NCBI RefSeq assembly: GCF_009914755.1
Contig: NC_060932.1
Length of the DNA stretch: 64,000 nucleotides
Strand: one strand, 5' to 3'
Source of the DNA: the human T2T-CHM13v2.0 reference genome, Homo sapiens
Position numbers and translations under genes: made by a program. Numbering within the stretch: the first letter of the stretch is position 1; every line of letters begins with the position of its first letter. The notes below the pieces were generated by a model, which made no database searches, was not told the origin of the DNA, and worked only from the letters and a program-made list of their open reading frames with translations. Positions 16,040 through 29,651 of this stretch are shown here, in pieces.

Positions 16040-16575
16040 CATTATCCTATGTTGGGCCCAATTTATGTATCTCACCCAATTCACTACATACTGGACTTTC
16101 AGTCACTTGCCCAATGGACAGCACTGGCCATTACCTTCAACTCATTTTCCAGTACCACTGATTGACGTTGCTTCCCCTGTAGTGAAGATGAAGGCACAGC
16201 CCTATCACCACTTTCACAGCTACAGCAATATCTACACCCTGACACATGGAAGCTCAGTTCCTCCTGCCACCTCCAGATTCCAGTGAAGCCACAAAGCATA
16301 CGGTGTAGGATCTAACTTCCCCAACAATTGCCTACTGGGGTCAGGGGATATAATCTGAAAGTATAGGGACAGTAACATACCATAAGGTGAGCTTTGACCA
16401 ATGTGAAATGAGAGATAGGAAGATGTTGGCAGATAAATTATTTTTCTTCCTCAATCTAACTGACTTGTCCTGTACAGCCTGTCTGTAGATGCTTCACATG
16501 ACTAAGCAACAGTCTGTGTTTGCTCGTGCAGCTGTGGACAGCTTAGTGACCAACTTACATTTGTTTTTTCCTCCT
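16040..16575 (+). mobile_element. ERVL-class LTR (LTR40-like)
   Basis: gagctttgaccaatg...ggcagataaatt and actaagcaac...gctgtgg motifs. Confidence 0.45.
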
Positions 16576-17665
16576 TATGTACCATATAGGTATGTATATA
16601 GATACATATTTGTTCAAAGATTATATGCATGTGCAGGCATGGATATTCATTCTAGTTTTAGCATTTGCCCCAAGAGGTAGCTATATGTATTAAATTTAGG
16701 ATATAAAATACAGTTAATTATCAATTAAGTTATTTTAAAAAGTACTAAAACATGTCCAGAAAAAAGCAGCATTTCTAATTAAAAATAGAAGCAAAGAATA
16801 GAATATAAAAAGAAAAATATATATCTTAACTTAAATAATATAATTAAGAACTAAAAATAAAGTTACTTTCCCAGTGAAAATATGCTCTGGGCAGAAAAAA
16901 AAATGACTAAAATATCAAAACGGAAAATTAGAAAGTGGTCTATTTAATAATAACAAAGGCTAAGCCTTAATGAAAGTCTACTACATTTCCTAGGATACTT
17001 TGATGATATACAGAAAATAATGAGTAAATTATTTCTCAAGTGTGATATATCTAGGAAATAGATCAGTGAAACAAAAAGAGTAATATCACAGCATACAAAC
17101 AGAAAATTCACATATAGATGGAAAAAATCACAGTTTACATTGCATTCATGTTTAAAATCAAACATCACTTTTTCACATTTTGAAGATCTCCCCCCCTAAA
17201 TATGGAAAGAAAAACAAGCCAGAGCTTTAATATAATATTTTTTTCCAACCTGGAACAGCTGCAAAAAACAAATCTTGCTGGAGATAAGCTTGGTTATAAA
17301 TATCAACATTCCCTTTAAATAAGGGAGTCCAGTTTTCATACCATCTGCCTCTTTCTTAAAGGGAAAAAGTATGAAACTCATAAACCAGGACATTCCCTTT
17401 CAAATAAGGCATTTAAAAATGAATGTAATAAAAAGGCGATGAACTACTCTGAACCCCTGTCTTTAAAATTGCCCTATTTAGCTCAGATCAGAAAATGAGA
17501 TTTTTTTGAAAGCAAACAACTTTTATTCAATGAATAAACTGCCTAAAGCAATTAATATTTTTAAGTGTTGTTTTCTAATTTTTTCACATTACTAGCCATA
17601 ATAATAATCTCTGATTGAACCATATTTCTCCTTTATGTGTCATACTCCCTACCATTTATTTTTTA

Positions 17666-17985
17666 TTTTTTATTTTATTTTACTTTTTTTTTTTTTTCTG
17701 AGATGGAGTCTCGCTCTGTCGCCCAGGCTGGAGTGCAGTGGTGCAATCTCGGCTCACTGCGAGCTCCGCCTGCTGGGTTCACGCCATTCTCCTGCCTCAG
17801 CCTCAGAGTAGCTGGGACCGCAGGCGCCTGCCACCACGCCTGGCTAATTTTTTGTTTTTGTATTTTTAGTAGAGATGGGGTTTCACCGTGTTAGCCAGGA
17901 TGGTGTCGATCTCCTGACCTCGTGATCCGCCCGCCTTGGCCTCCCAAAGTGCTGGGATTACAGGCGTGAGCCACTGCGCCTGGCT
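17666..17985 (-). mobile_element. AluY
   Basis: AluY diagnostics (ttcacgccattctc, ccgtgttagccaggatgg, gacctcgtgatcc); TSD catttatttttta at 17653-17665 and 17986-17998. Confidence 0.97.
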
Positions 17986-18221
17986 CATTTATTTTTTAAC
18001 TACGTGTGTCACCTCTACTTTTTCTAAAAGGTTTTTAGAGCCTATTCTAAAGACCTCCATGTTATCTCTAACAGTACAAAAATCTAGTTATTAAGAGACT
18101 GGACTTTTCTTTTAATACAGATTCTATCCTCTGCAAAAATCCTTCCTATGCCTCTCTCAACAGTGTTTATATATATATATATACACTCAAGTTTGGACTT
18201 TATCTTAAAGCCTTCTTTCGT

Positions 18222-18533
<312 letters not shown>

Positions 18534-19549
18534 GCCTTCATTTTTCTTTTGCCCTTCACTATTTTTCATTCTCTAATCCTTGTGATTGAACATTTAATTT
18601 TTTCACTGTACCACACCATTACTATTTCAATAATGAAGCCCATAAACTACATCCATTACTTAATTCTTTAAAATATTCACAAGAAAGCATTAATACAAGA
18701 TGGTTTACCAAATAGAGCAGTCCAGAGGGTTATACTGGTTGCATCTAACGTAAAGGAATATTAAGTATAGTAACACTGAGATGACTTGAGGGACGGTAGA
18801 AGAAAACTAAGACAGGAAAAAAATGGCATCTTCTATTTTAAAAATATATATGTTTAGTCAATTCCTTGAATTACAATGATAGGATTCTGAAAGGCAACTG
18901 AAACAAATGCACATAGGGAGCCCTGACATAATTAATTCTCCTTTTCATATTCATTCTCTCCCTTATTCTTTTTCTCACACACATAAAAACACACCCATAT
19001 ACTGCAAACAAAAAGAACAAAACTGAATTTTTAATCATGAGCATTTGTAGTAAAGGCACAAAGATTATGCTTACATTTGTCCTTCATAGGAAAAATACAT
19101 CCTAGGACCATTTTGTATTTTTTAATTCACTTTTATTCTGTTTTAGCTATGGACCACCTAGGTCTGTAATTATAGAAAACAAAGTTGCTCTACAAATGGC
19201 AAATGACATTTAATTGCTTACTTGGAATGCTGCATCTTCAGTAAAGAGGAAGGAGACAGAGAAATTTCGCCACAGTAATGGTTAACAACATTTAATCTCT
19301 AAGTATTTAAAACAAATGATCATTTTACAGCAATCAATATTTCTTCCTTTTCATGATTAATGTAGATATTATGAAATGAAATGAACAATGAGATTATCAT
19401 TTCATTGCAACAATGAATTCATTGCAACAATATGATTATCAATATCATATCATTGCAACAGGAAAGTTGTTTTACCTTATACCTATCAGCTAGTTTAAAA
19501 TATTTAAAAGGTTTTTTCTTATTAAATTTAGTCCACTGTTTATTTCCTC

Positions 19550-19660
19550 ACTTCCCTGAGCAAGAATGCAGGGATCTTTGTTTTGTACACTGAAGAATCT
19601 CAAACAATAAGGACAATGTCTGCACATAGTATATACTCAATAGACATTTTTGAGTAACTA
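19550..19660 (+). mobile_element. L2 3' end fragment
   Basis: gcagggatctttgttttgtacactg...tgcacatagtatatactcaata. Confidence 0.55.
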
Positions 19661-19760
19661 TTCTCCAAAAGACAATTATGTTAATTTGAAACTTACGTAT
19701 TTGATGTTTAATTATTGTAAACTTAATTGAAAATGCTTTGAGTTTTCAAAAATAAGCAAT

Positions 19761-20149
19761 TGTCAAGTTTAGCCCAATGCTGCCTCCTTATATATTCTAA
19801 ATGTGACCTAATGGTTTCTCTGTGCACAGTAAACTGTAACCTTTCCATGTGTAAACAGACTGCAACCGACTTTTGTGCCAATCACTGAGTTTTGGCCAAA
19901 GGTGGCCAACTGTTCAAACCAGGCTCAAATGAGGCAAACACCAAGCTGTAACCAATCTGGCTGTTTCTGTACCTAATTTCTGTTTTCTGTTACATAACTT
20001 TCCTTTTTCTGTCCATAAATCTTCCACCACATGGTTATGCTAATCTCTCTCTGAGCCTATTCTGGCCTGGGAGGCTTCCTGATTAGAGAATTATTCTTTG
20101 CTCAATTAAACTTGTTAAATTTAATTTGTCTAAGTTTTTTCTTTTAATG
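19761..20149 (+). mobile_element. MER57-family solo LTR (ERV1)
   Basis: aagtttagccc...gctgcctcctta start; ttctttgctcaattaaac...aatttaatttgtctaagttttttcttttaa end. Confidence 0.8.
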
Positions 20150-20254
20150 CTATATTTTATGAGAATCTGAGCCTGATAAAGGGTAGGTTAATTCTTCCCT
20201 ACTTGTTTCCTTTCTGATTTTGATCCTTTTTGGTGATTAACTAAGATAGGCTTA

Positions 20255-20390
20255 TTTTCCATTTTCAAAATAGGTACAGTAAGAATACCTATCTCACATG
20301 GCTATGTTGTAATGGTTAAATTAAATAGTTAATTTATATTAAGTGCTTCTCACATAGTAAGTGCTCAATAAATGTTATCATCATCATTAC
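20255..20390 (+). mobile_element. MIR
   Basis: aaaatagg...atacctatctcacatgg...cacatagtaagtgctcaataaatg. Confidence 0.7.
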
Positions 20391-20433
20391 ATCATGCTGA
20401 TGTAACCAATTACTATTGAGGCAGTATGCAGTC

Positions 20434-20701
20434 AAGGAAGAAAAAGAAAGAAAGAAGGAAGGAAGGAAGGAAGGAAGGAAGGAAAGGGAAGGAAAGAAAG
20501 AAAGAGATGGAAAGAAAGAAAGAAAAGAGAAAGGAAGGGAGGGAGGGAGGAAGGAAGGAAGAAAGGAAGGAAAGGGAAGGAAAGAAAGAGAAGGAAAGAA
20601 AGAAAGAAAGAAAGAAAAGAGAAAGGAAGGGAGGGAGGGAGGGAGGAAGGAAGGAAGAAAGGAAGGAAAGGGAAGGAAAGAAAGAGAAGGAAAGAAAGAA
20701 A

Positions 20702-20748
<47 letters not shown>

Positions 20749-20821
20749 GGAGAGAAAAGAAAAGAGAAAGGAAGGGAGGGAGGGAGGGAGGAAGGAAGGA
20801 AAGAAAGAAAAAAGAAAAAAA
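20434..20821. repeat. Complex polypurine (GAAA/GGAA/GGGA)n tract
   Basis: About 388 bp of purines with a single T at 20508. Confidence 0.98.
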
Positions 20822-21789
20822 TATAAACTTGATCTCACATTCGTTTTTGAGCTCCATTTATTTAAGATTCTTAGGATATAAGAATGCTCTCAGAATATAC
20901 TAAGCCTATAACAACTTAATTACATATACGATGTACAATATCTGGTATTATTTGATCTTTTAAATATCTTCTATCATCAGCTAAGTGGCTTCTACAAAAG
21001 TATCTTTGGATAACTTTTAAAATGCCAAATTATGTATGCTATCTTATTGTTCACACATGTTTGAAACTCTGGATTAGTAGAGTAACAGTTACATTTAGAA
21101 AGTAAGTTTTTTATATACACTAGTTTCTCTTGAGGAGAGACCTTTTTAAGAACAGAGTGCTGTGGTGTATTTCAAAATGGTTCCTTTTCCCCTCCCCCAG
21201 GGATTTTTATCAGATATTTACTGTGAGAACCTAGTCTCACAATATGTATGTATTTACATATTAGTGCATGTACATATGTACATACAAAAGGCTTACACAC
21301 TAGTCCCCATTTTTAAAGCTGGCAACTTAATCTCTAATCGTTGTAGGAATTTGCAAATTATCCTTCAGTCTAAGAAAAAATTTCTCAGGTAAACACTTCC
21401 ACAATTCTTTATTCTGTATTCTCTTTAGGAGTTGTAAACTTCTTGATGTTTTTTCTACTAAGTCTGTAAGTCACAATTCCTTTTATATATCCACTACATG
21501 CATTGTGCAGGTTAATACTGTTCCTCTTACTAGAGCAATAGCCTGACTTTAGATAAAACTGGTTCTGCCATAAGAGCCTCAAACCTTTAATTTCCAATGA
21601 TAAGTTTAGCATCTCAAATATTTAAAGTAACCCTAGGTCTAACACATAATAGCAAACAAGAAATAAAATTTTAGAAAAGCCCTTATAGTACATTCCAACG
21701 AATATCTTCCAAAACCTTTAAGAAAATTTCCATAAATATTCTACTTTTCTATTTTCTTTTTGAATATTAAACTTTAGTATAACATTATA

Positions 21790-22117
21790 CAGGTCTCCCT
21801 CCATAGCCATCAGGGATTGGTTCCAGGACTCCTGTGGAAACCAAAATCCACAGGTGCTAGAATTCCTTACATAAAATGGTGTAGCATTTGCATTAACCTA
21901 TGTTGTACATTCCCCTGTATTCTTTAAATCATCTTTAGATTATGTATAATATTTAATACACTGTAAAAGCTATGTAAACAATTGTTTTACTGTATTTTTC
22001 TGTTATTTTTTTATTGTTGTATGGCTATTTTTATTGCTTTTTTTTTATCCTGAGTATTTTTGATCTGCAATTGCCTGAATTCATGGATGCAAAACCCTTG
22101 ATATGGAGGGCCAACTG
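21790..22117 (+). mobile_element. MER2 (TcMar-Tigger)
   Basis: ggattggttccaggac...aaaatggtgtagcatttgc...gatatggagggccaactg; TA at the left end. Confidence 0.85.
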
Positions 22118-22162
22118 AAAATTTTTTACTAAAAAAATCTATGATCTAAAAAATCTATCATA

Positions 22163-23562
22163 GGCTTCCAGTTTCCATTTCTGTATGTAAGGAGCTTAGA
22201 AGTCACTACTCCATCCCTTTTCCAAGTAAAAAGTTAAACAGACTGAAAAATCAGCGCTCTTTTTGGATTCTTAAGAAAAATGAGGACACAGAGCACAACT
22301 CTGACTCTCAAGGTTGGAGAAATAGGCAAATGCAGAGAGTCACAGCTTACCAGACAGAAACCCGTGAGAGGAAATCGTCACAGGAACCAGTGCTGTGGTA
22401 GAAAAACCTGAACTGTAATTGACAAATTGCTAGAGGCTCAGGATGAAAAAGTCTGAATGAAAAACTCTAGGGGAACCAAGACAGAGAAGGACTCCCACAC
22501 TCTGTGAGTTTTACCCCCAGGAGCTCGACTAGCTTCTCACAGTAAATACTTGAGAAAAATCCCAGTGGGAGGGGAAAAGGAACCATTTTGAAATACACTA
22601 CAGCACTCTGTCATTCTTAACAAGATCTGTCCTCAGGAGAAACTAGTTAATCAAAGGCTAACTTGCTGGGTACTGTCAGAGCCTAACTGATCTGGGGAAA
22701 GGAAAACCCCCAACTCTAGCCCACTCTAGCTTTCCATGTGGAGGAAGAGAAATACTCAACTCCAGGCATCCTGTCTTCACTAAAGGAGGGGAAAACACTT
22801 GTGAAGTTCACAGTCCAAAAGCCAATGCTCACTAAATGACTAAGACCTAATAATAGGACTACAGAGTGTACCACATAGCTCCATACTTTACCACCATGTT
22901 ACTAGAGGCCTATTTACAGCAGTTCCTTTTACCCAGTACATCATATCTGGCTATCAAGAAAAAATTACAAGGCATACTAAAAGGGAAAAAAAAAAACACA
23001 ATTTGAAGAGATACACAAGCATCAGAACCAGATATGGCAGGGATGTTGAAATTATCAAACTGGAAACTTAAAATAAATATGATTAATATGCCAAGGGCTC
23101 TAATGGATAAAGTAGACACCATGCAACAACAGATGGAGAATGTAAGCAAAGACATGGAAATCTTAAGAAGGAACCAAAAGAAATGCTAGTGATCAAAAAC
23201 ACAATAGCAGAAATGAAGAGTGCCTTTGATGAGCTTATTCATAGATTGAACACTAGCTGAGGAAAGATCTCTAAGCTTGAGGTAAATCAATAGAAACCTC
23301 CAAAACCAGAAAACAAAGATAAAACACACACACACACACACACACACAGAACAGAATACCCAAAGATTGTGGTACAACTCTAAAAGGTATAACATACGCA
23401 TAATGGGAATATCAGAAGATGAAGAAAAAGAGATAAGAACAGAAGAAATATTTGAAACAATAATGACTGAGAATAAATGTCAGACACCAAACCATAAATC
23501 CAAGAAGCTCAAAGAACACCAAAAAGGATAAATGTCAAAAAAAACTATACCTAGGTGTATCA
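22163..23562 (+). mobile_element. L1MC/L1MD 5'UTR and ORF1 fragment, with (CA)n at about 23323-23348
   Basis: ORF1 motifs (gcatcagaaccagatatggcagggatgttgaaattatc; aatgaagagtgcctttgatgagctt). Confidence 0.8.
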
Positions 23563-23644
23563 TCTGAAAATGCTTTTAAATATCTTTTACCTGGATATCT
23601 TATACTCCTTTAAATCAGTACAAAGGTATGACAGTCATTAATTC

Positions 23645-23952
23645 AACTCATTAATCTTACAATTCCCCTTTCCCTCTGGATAGAAGGCAATACTGCACTT
23701 CATAGTTCCCCATTCAAAATTTAGCAATTTGCTTTGACCAATGAAACTCTAAATGCCATTGCATAACGAGCCACACTCCCTTCCCACTGCTGCAGTGATC
23801 ATGGAAGTATATTCAGATAAAACCTTCAATATCTTGGGTCCAGAACCATTCTACCAACTTATTTTGGATATGTAGTCTGTGTGTTGTGTTAAGACATTGA
23901 AATTTGGGCTTGCTTGTTTCTACAGCATAACCTGAGCTCCTCTGACTGATAC
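23645..23952 (+). mobile_element. MLT1 (J/I-like) LTR
   Basis: ttgctttgaccaatgaaa; tgtgttaagacattgaaatttggg...cagcataacc...tgactgataca. Confidence 0.7.
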
Positions 23953-23999
23953 AAAGGGTTACTTTTCCCCAGCAGCCTTTCATAAGTACAACATAGTCT

Positions 24000-24780
24000 G
24001 ATTTAAATGCTGCTTCTCCAAGTGATGACAGCATTCTATTCATGCTCTTATTATAACACAATACTATAGTAAAATGGCTGCTGGAATTATCCATTTCCTT
24101 TGTAAACTATACTCCTGAAGGTAGGAACTGTTAATGCCTAGCTCATAGTAAGTAGTTAAAACACATTTTCTGGATTCATTGATCATTCATATGTTCACTC
24201 ATCAAGGGCCAGGGGCCACTCCGGTTACTAGAGATAGAGTGAAAACAGAGCAAACCAAAATTCCTGCCTTCATATGCCTTATATTCTTATGAAGGATAAT
24301 GATAATAAGCAAGACAAATAAGTGTAAATATATAGTTTAATAGATAGTGATAAAAATTATAGAGCAAAGAAAGAATATAAAGCTTTGGATGGTCATCAGG
24401 TAAGACTCCATTTAGAAGGTGAAATTTTAATAACGACCAAAAGAAAAGTAAGGAAATTGGTCATACAATTGCTATATATGGATGAAGAGCAATTCAGTAG
24501 AAAGAATAGCAAGTGCAAAAATTCTGAGATGAGAAAATGCCTGGCACGTTCAGAGAACAAAAAGGGAGGCAGTATGCCCAGGGCAAGAGAATAACGATGA
24601 GCAGAGTTGAAGATGAAATTAGAGAAATAACAAAGGTTCAAGTACTGTAGAGACATTTAGACCAGTTTAAGAGCTTTATTTAGATTTGATGTTGAGTAAA
24701 ATGGAGAGCTATTTAAAGGCTTTGAGTAGAGTGAGGAGTGGGAAAGAACAGTAAGCGATGAGGTCAGAGATAAACAGAGG
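24000..24780. mobile_element. L2 fragments (+ then -)
   Basis: gcctagctcatagtaag, then cattcat...aaattcctgccttcat...aatgcctggcacgttcagagaac. Confidence 0.6.
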
Positions 24781-25310
24781 CCCATATTCTTCCATTTTAT
24801 GTCATATTTCCTCTCTCCACAATACATAAGAAAAATGGATGTATCAATTTACTAAGAAATATTGCTGAGTAAATGATATTTTATGATGATATTAATCTGT
24901 TTATTACTTAATATGCAGGAACAGTGACTAAAACCAATACATAATTATCAAAATATTGCAATATACCAAAGTATAATAATGTACTGAACATCAAGACAGA
25001 CCAAGCATTTAATGTAGCAACAAATCTTTAACAGACAATTGATAATACTAAATATTTAACAAATAAATCAGTTATAAATGTATAGCTTTATAAATGTTAC
25101 TACATTTATTTGGATTTGCTGAAATATCACAAAATAAATACAAGTAAAAACATTTCCTTATTGTAAAACTGCCTTCCATAAGAAAAACCTATGCTTGGAA
25201 CCCAGGTTCATTGCCAGAAAAAAACAACCCAAAGCAATAAGTACAAAGTGAAAGAAAACAAACCACAAATCAAAACACCTTTTGCAAAATGTTAAATCAA
25301 ATAAACACAC

Positions 25311-25469
25311 CTTGCGTTGTGTCTTTGATGCTGCCAAGTCTAAACTCTGGAGAGCTGCCAAGGGGTAAGATGTTTCCAAAGCCAAGGTCTTTAGTTAGGT
25401 AGCAGTGCTTGCATTCCTGGCAAATTCAATTCCAAATACCAAAAATAATATTCTTGGTGATTTTTCTTA
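25311..25469 (-). other. TRIQK: 159-nt non-coding 5'UTR exon (probable exon 2) with short uORF MQALLPN* (25391-25414)
   Basis: Acceptor tactttgttttgaatttcag|TAAG, donor CGCAAG|gtgtgt; unique sequence. Length and 11.4-kb distance to the first-exon donor agree with my recollection of TRIQK (unverified). Confidence 0.7.
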
Positions 25470-26249
25470 CTGAAATTCAAAACAAAGTATATAGAAATAG
25501 TAAATGGATGATCTCCAGTTCCCTAATAGTCCACAAATTTAAATCACAGGGAAATCATTTCCAAAAGGTGTTTCTTGGTTTGCTAACTCTGTTATTTATT
25601 CCATCTGAATACGTTTCTATGCCAAATATAATTGGAAAATGTTGCATATTATGCCCCATTTTAACAAGGCACATTTTTATATTATTATGAAGGCTCTGAG
25701 AAGTCCTGTAACAGAAGAATCTATTTAAATTTATGTGACCCAGTGTGTCTTAAACAATTATCTGAAAAGTAGCAGGAGATACTTCCACTGTTTTCTAAAG
25801 TCAAGCATAAATGTAAAAATACTGATATAAAATTATTTTCTGTTATTTTAATTTGCACAAGGTTGACTTTAAAAACAATTGTATTTATTCAGTCGTAAAT
25901 GTTTAAGTATATGTTACTTTCTAAATGCACATTTTAAAAGCAACATGGAATAATAAGCAGGTAATGCATGATTTATTCATTTTTGTTCAGTGAATATTTA
26001 CCAAATACATATTAAATGTCAGGCAATGAACTTATGTCAAGTTTTACACTGCAATTGCTCTCATATGGATAAGAGTATAAAATTTAAGTATTTCCAAACT
26101 GGGATCTAATAATAATACCAACTTAAAATTTAACCCCAACTATTTGGGAACACAAGCTTTACTTTACTAATTCTAATGAGATAATTAAAAATAGCAATTT
26201 TGGGGTTACTTTTAAATAGTGTTAACAATACAAGTCAAGAGTAATAATA

Positions 26250-27470
26250 TGAAAGAATAATCCTTTTTAACAAAGGTGCTACAAAATAATACAGTTGGAC
26301 CCTTCCTCACACCAAACACGAAATTTAATTCAAGATGAATCACAGAACTAAATGCAAAGACTAAAACTATAAAACATTTAAAGGAAATCGTAGGAATAAA
26401 ACTTTATTACTTTGAGTTTGAAAATAGTCTCTTAGATACAACACCAATAGCACAAGCAACAAAATAAAAAACAGACAAATTGAACTCCATTAAAATAAAA
26501 ATTTTATGCTTTAAAGAACATGACCAAAAAAGTGCAAAGACAGTCTGCAGAATAGAAGAAAATACTTGCACACCATATATATAATAAAAGTCTTATATCC
26601 AGAATATATAAAGAACTCTCACAACTCAACATAAAAGATCAAATAATACAATTTTTAAATGGGCAAAGTATTTGAACAATTTTCCAGAGAAGACATACAA
26701 ATTGCCAAAAAGCACATGAAAAGATGCTCAACATCATTAGTCATTAGGAAAATCCAAATAAAAACCACAATGAGATACCACTTTACTCCTAGTAGGATGG
26801 CTATTTTAAAAAAATGCAAGTGGAGATAAGGAATGTGGAGAAATTGGAATCTTCATACATTGCTGGTAGAAATGTAAAATGTTACAGCCACACTTTGAAA
26901 AGTTTGGCAGCTCCTCAAAAATGCACGGAGTTACCACGTGACCAGCAATTTTAGTCTTAGGTATATATCCAAGAAAAATGAAAACATCTCCACACAAAAA
27001 CTTATATACGAATGTTCATAGCAGCATTATTCTAATAGCCAAAAAGTAGAAATAACTCATGATGAACAGGTATATAAATGTGGTATATATCTATATGGTG
27101 GAATATTAAAAAGAATGAAATATTGATAATGCTGCAACATGGATGAACTTGTAAACATGTATCTAAGTGAAAGAAGTCAGTCACAAAAGTCCACTTAATA
27201 CATAACTTTTATTGTTCCCTTTATATGAAATGTCCAGAATGGGAAGGTCAATAGAGAAAGAAAATAGATTAGTGGTTGCTTAAGGGTGCAGAGGCAGAAG
27301 GAATGGGAACTGACATAATGGGTACAGAATTTCTATCTGAGATAATGAAAATATTCTGAAATTAGATAGTTGCACAATATTGGGAATATTGTAAAAATTC
27401 CTGAATTATACACTTTAAAATGATAAACTTTATGATTGTGAAATATAGCTCAATAAAGCTGTTATTAAAA
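26250..27470 (+). mobile_element. L1MB 3' part
   Basis: ORF2 C-terminal and 3'UTR motifs, ending ctcaataaagctgttattaaaa. Confidence 0.88.
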
Positions 27471-27497
27471 TACAAGTGTCATAAAAATACAACTCTA

Positions 27498-27781
27498 CAG
27501 TCCTTATCTAAAATGTTTGGGCCAGATATGTCTTGAATGATTTTAGATTATAAAAATGTAATAAACCTCATCTACCATAATTACATAACACTCCTGAAAG
27601 GATGTGGGGGAAGCATATTAATACTTCATAGAAAAATCTTATGCCATTTAATTACATAAATAGTCCCATGTCATTTCAAGTCTGTTTTTTGTCTCAATTA
27701 AGTTTGTAAAAAACTTGACAAAGTTTAATTTTGAAGAACTTTTGGATTTTGAAAATGCAAGTGATGGTTGTTGGGAGCCTT
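27498..27781. mobile_element. MER46C-like Tigger fragment
   Basis: ccttatctaaaatgtttgggccagatatgt...ttttggattttgaaaatgc. Confidence 0.55.
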
Positions 27782-27799
27782 ATTAATGATGATTGTTAA

Positions 27800-28030
27800 T
27801 ATTAGTAATAATAGCAGCTACGCATTTGTTGACTAGCAACTACTGTGGCAAACACTGTGGTAAGCACATCACATACCACAAATTTTCATAACATTTCTGC
27901 ATGACAGGTACAATTTCCCAACTGAGGAAATTGAGTTTCCTAATGATTAACTGACTTGCCCAAGCATGCAAAGTTGACAGGGAAAGTAGCAGAGATTAGA
28001 ACTCAAATCTATCTGATTATAGAGCTTACT
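27800..28030 (-). mobile_element. MIR
   Basis: tgaggaaattgag...ttaactgacttgcccaag...agattagaactcaaatctatctga. Confidence 0.75.
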
Positions 28031-28116
28031 CTCTTTCCTCTATGTATTAGAGTATGTTCAGACCACTCACCAGAACTACAGACTCTACCTCTGTAAAATG
28101 GAGTAAGAGCCTTTTT

Positions 28117-28280
28117 ACATATACATACATGTGTACATAACCATATATACATATATGTAAGTATGTATATAAATATACATATGCATGTATGTATACATAA
28201 AATTAATGTATGTACATAAAATATATGTATATTTACGTATACATACACATACAGATACACATATATACACATATATATGT
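28117..28280. repeat. Degenerate (TA/TATG/CATA)n low-complexity tract within a MIR
   Basis: Visible TA-rich repeat between ctgtaaaatgg and tgtgaag...aatgaaatga. Confidence 0.85.
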
Positions 28281-28909
28281 GAAGTAAGAATGAAATGAAG
28301 TATTTTTATGAAAATGTGTCAAATATAAAGATCTACATAAATATAAGACAATATCATCTGAGTAACTATTTTCATTATATATCTAAATCAAGGTTCAAAG
28401 GGGATATGTTTTCAGTTAAATTTTACAAAGGCATTCCAAACAAACGTATTAATTTTAGTAGAAGAAATGCAAAGTGTTAATTTAAACATTGGTTTTAAAT
28501 ATCTAAGCAAAGAAAATCTAAATATATTCAAGTGGTCTATAACTAAACTTCTATCATCTCAAACTTTCATAAAGTTTTTGGGGTGCAGTATGCAAGCATA
28601 TACATTATGTTTTGTCTTAAAGCAGTTAGTTCTATCTACTCAGGAGAAGCCAGAACAGATTACGTTTTTACTTTATAAGTAACTTCTTAATATTCTAAAA
28701 AAGTTTAATGATTTACGTTTATTTAACAGCCTGCTCACATAAGTTTACCTACCACGTAAGTTCCTAGGGTAACTAGGGGATTGTTTATATATTCCCCCTT
28801 AAAGGAAAACCTGTGTATACCTCAGTACAACTTTTATTCCATGAAAGTATAATCATAGAATTAAAGAACTTTAGAAAGTGTGGTACAGTATTTGAAAAAG
28901 CTTCAGAAC

Positions 28910-29380
28910 CATTTCAAAATACCAATTTGATCATGTTGCTCTCCATTTGAAAACCTGAAATGGATCCTCATTGCCTCCAAGATGCAAATAGTTTTGCATG
29001 TCATATAAGAGCCTCCTCAGCCTTTGCCAGCAGGTTCATACTGCCTCAACTCTAGCCACTTTTCTCTAGATTAGGCCCCAATCACTAAACTTCTTTTGAT
29101 TTTCCAATCACAAGAACCCATTGACAGCTTAATAGCTTTACAAATCTTATTATACTTATTTCAATGTTGCTCAGCCCTAGCCTTGTCTAACTTGAATTCA
29201 TAGGCACCCTTCAAGACCCCATTTCAATCAATTACGTACTTTCTCTGTACAAGTCACCTATACCTGCTGGACAAATCTTTGGTTATCTGATTGATATGTA
29301 ACTCATAACTCACTTATTAAATATTGTACATACTTATCTCTATAAACATCTAGATTTTTGGCATATAATAGTATCCATTA
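28910..29380 (+). mobile_element. L2 3' fragment
   Basis: tgatcatgttgctctcc...aaaacctgaaatggatcctcattgcc; tggcatataatagt. Confidence 0.65.
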
Positions 29381-29651
29381 TTTCTTATTATAATATTGAG
29401 ATATTACCTGATTTTCATCTTTGGAAATAAAACTGTAAAATATTTACATGAATTTTGTTTCATTTATGGAATAGAGATGGAAAAGAGAAGATGTGGATTA
29501 TAAAATTCAAATAATAATAGATTCCTGAGGTTAACCTTAACCCATATAAGACCAAACAGATGCTGGGGTAAGTCAAACACTGAAGGGCAAAAATTGAATA
29601 AATCTGAGTCCCTTGAACTGAAAAGAAAAGTACACTATGTCTTACAATTCA

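Noticed and set aside
20413-20881. Four overlapping 136-151 aa ORFs (K/E/R/G-rich or F/L/S/P-rich)
   Set aside because: Artefacts of the stop-free polypurine repeat
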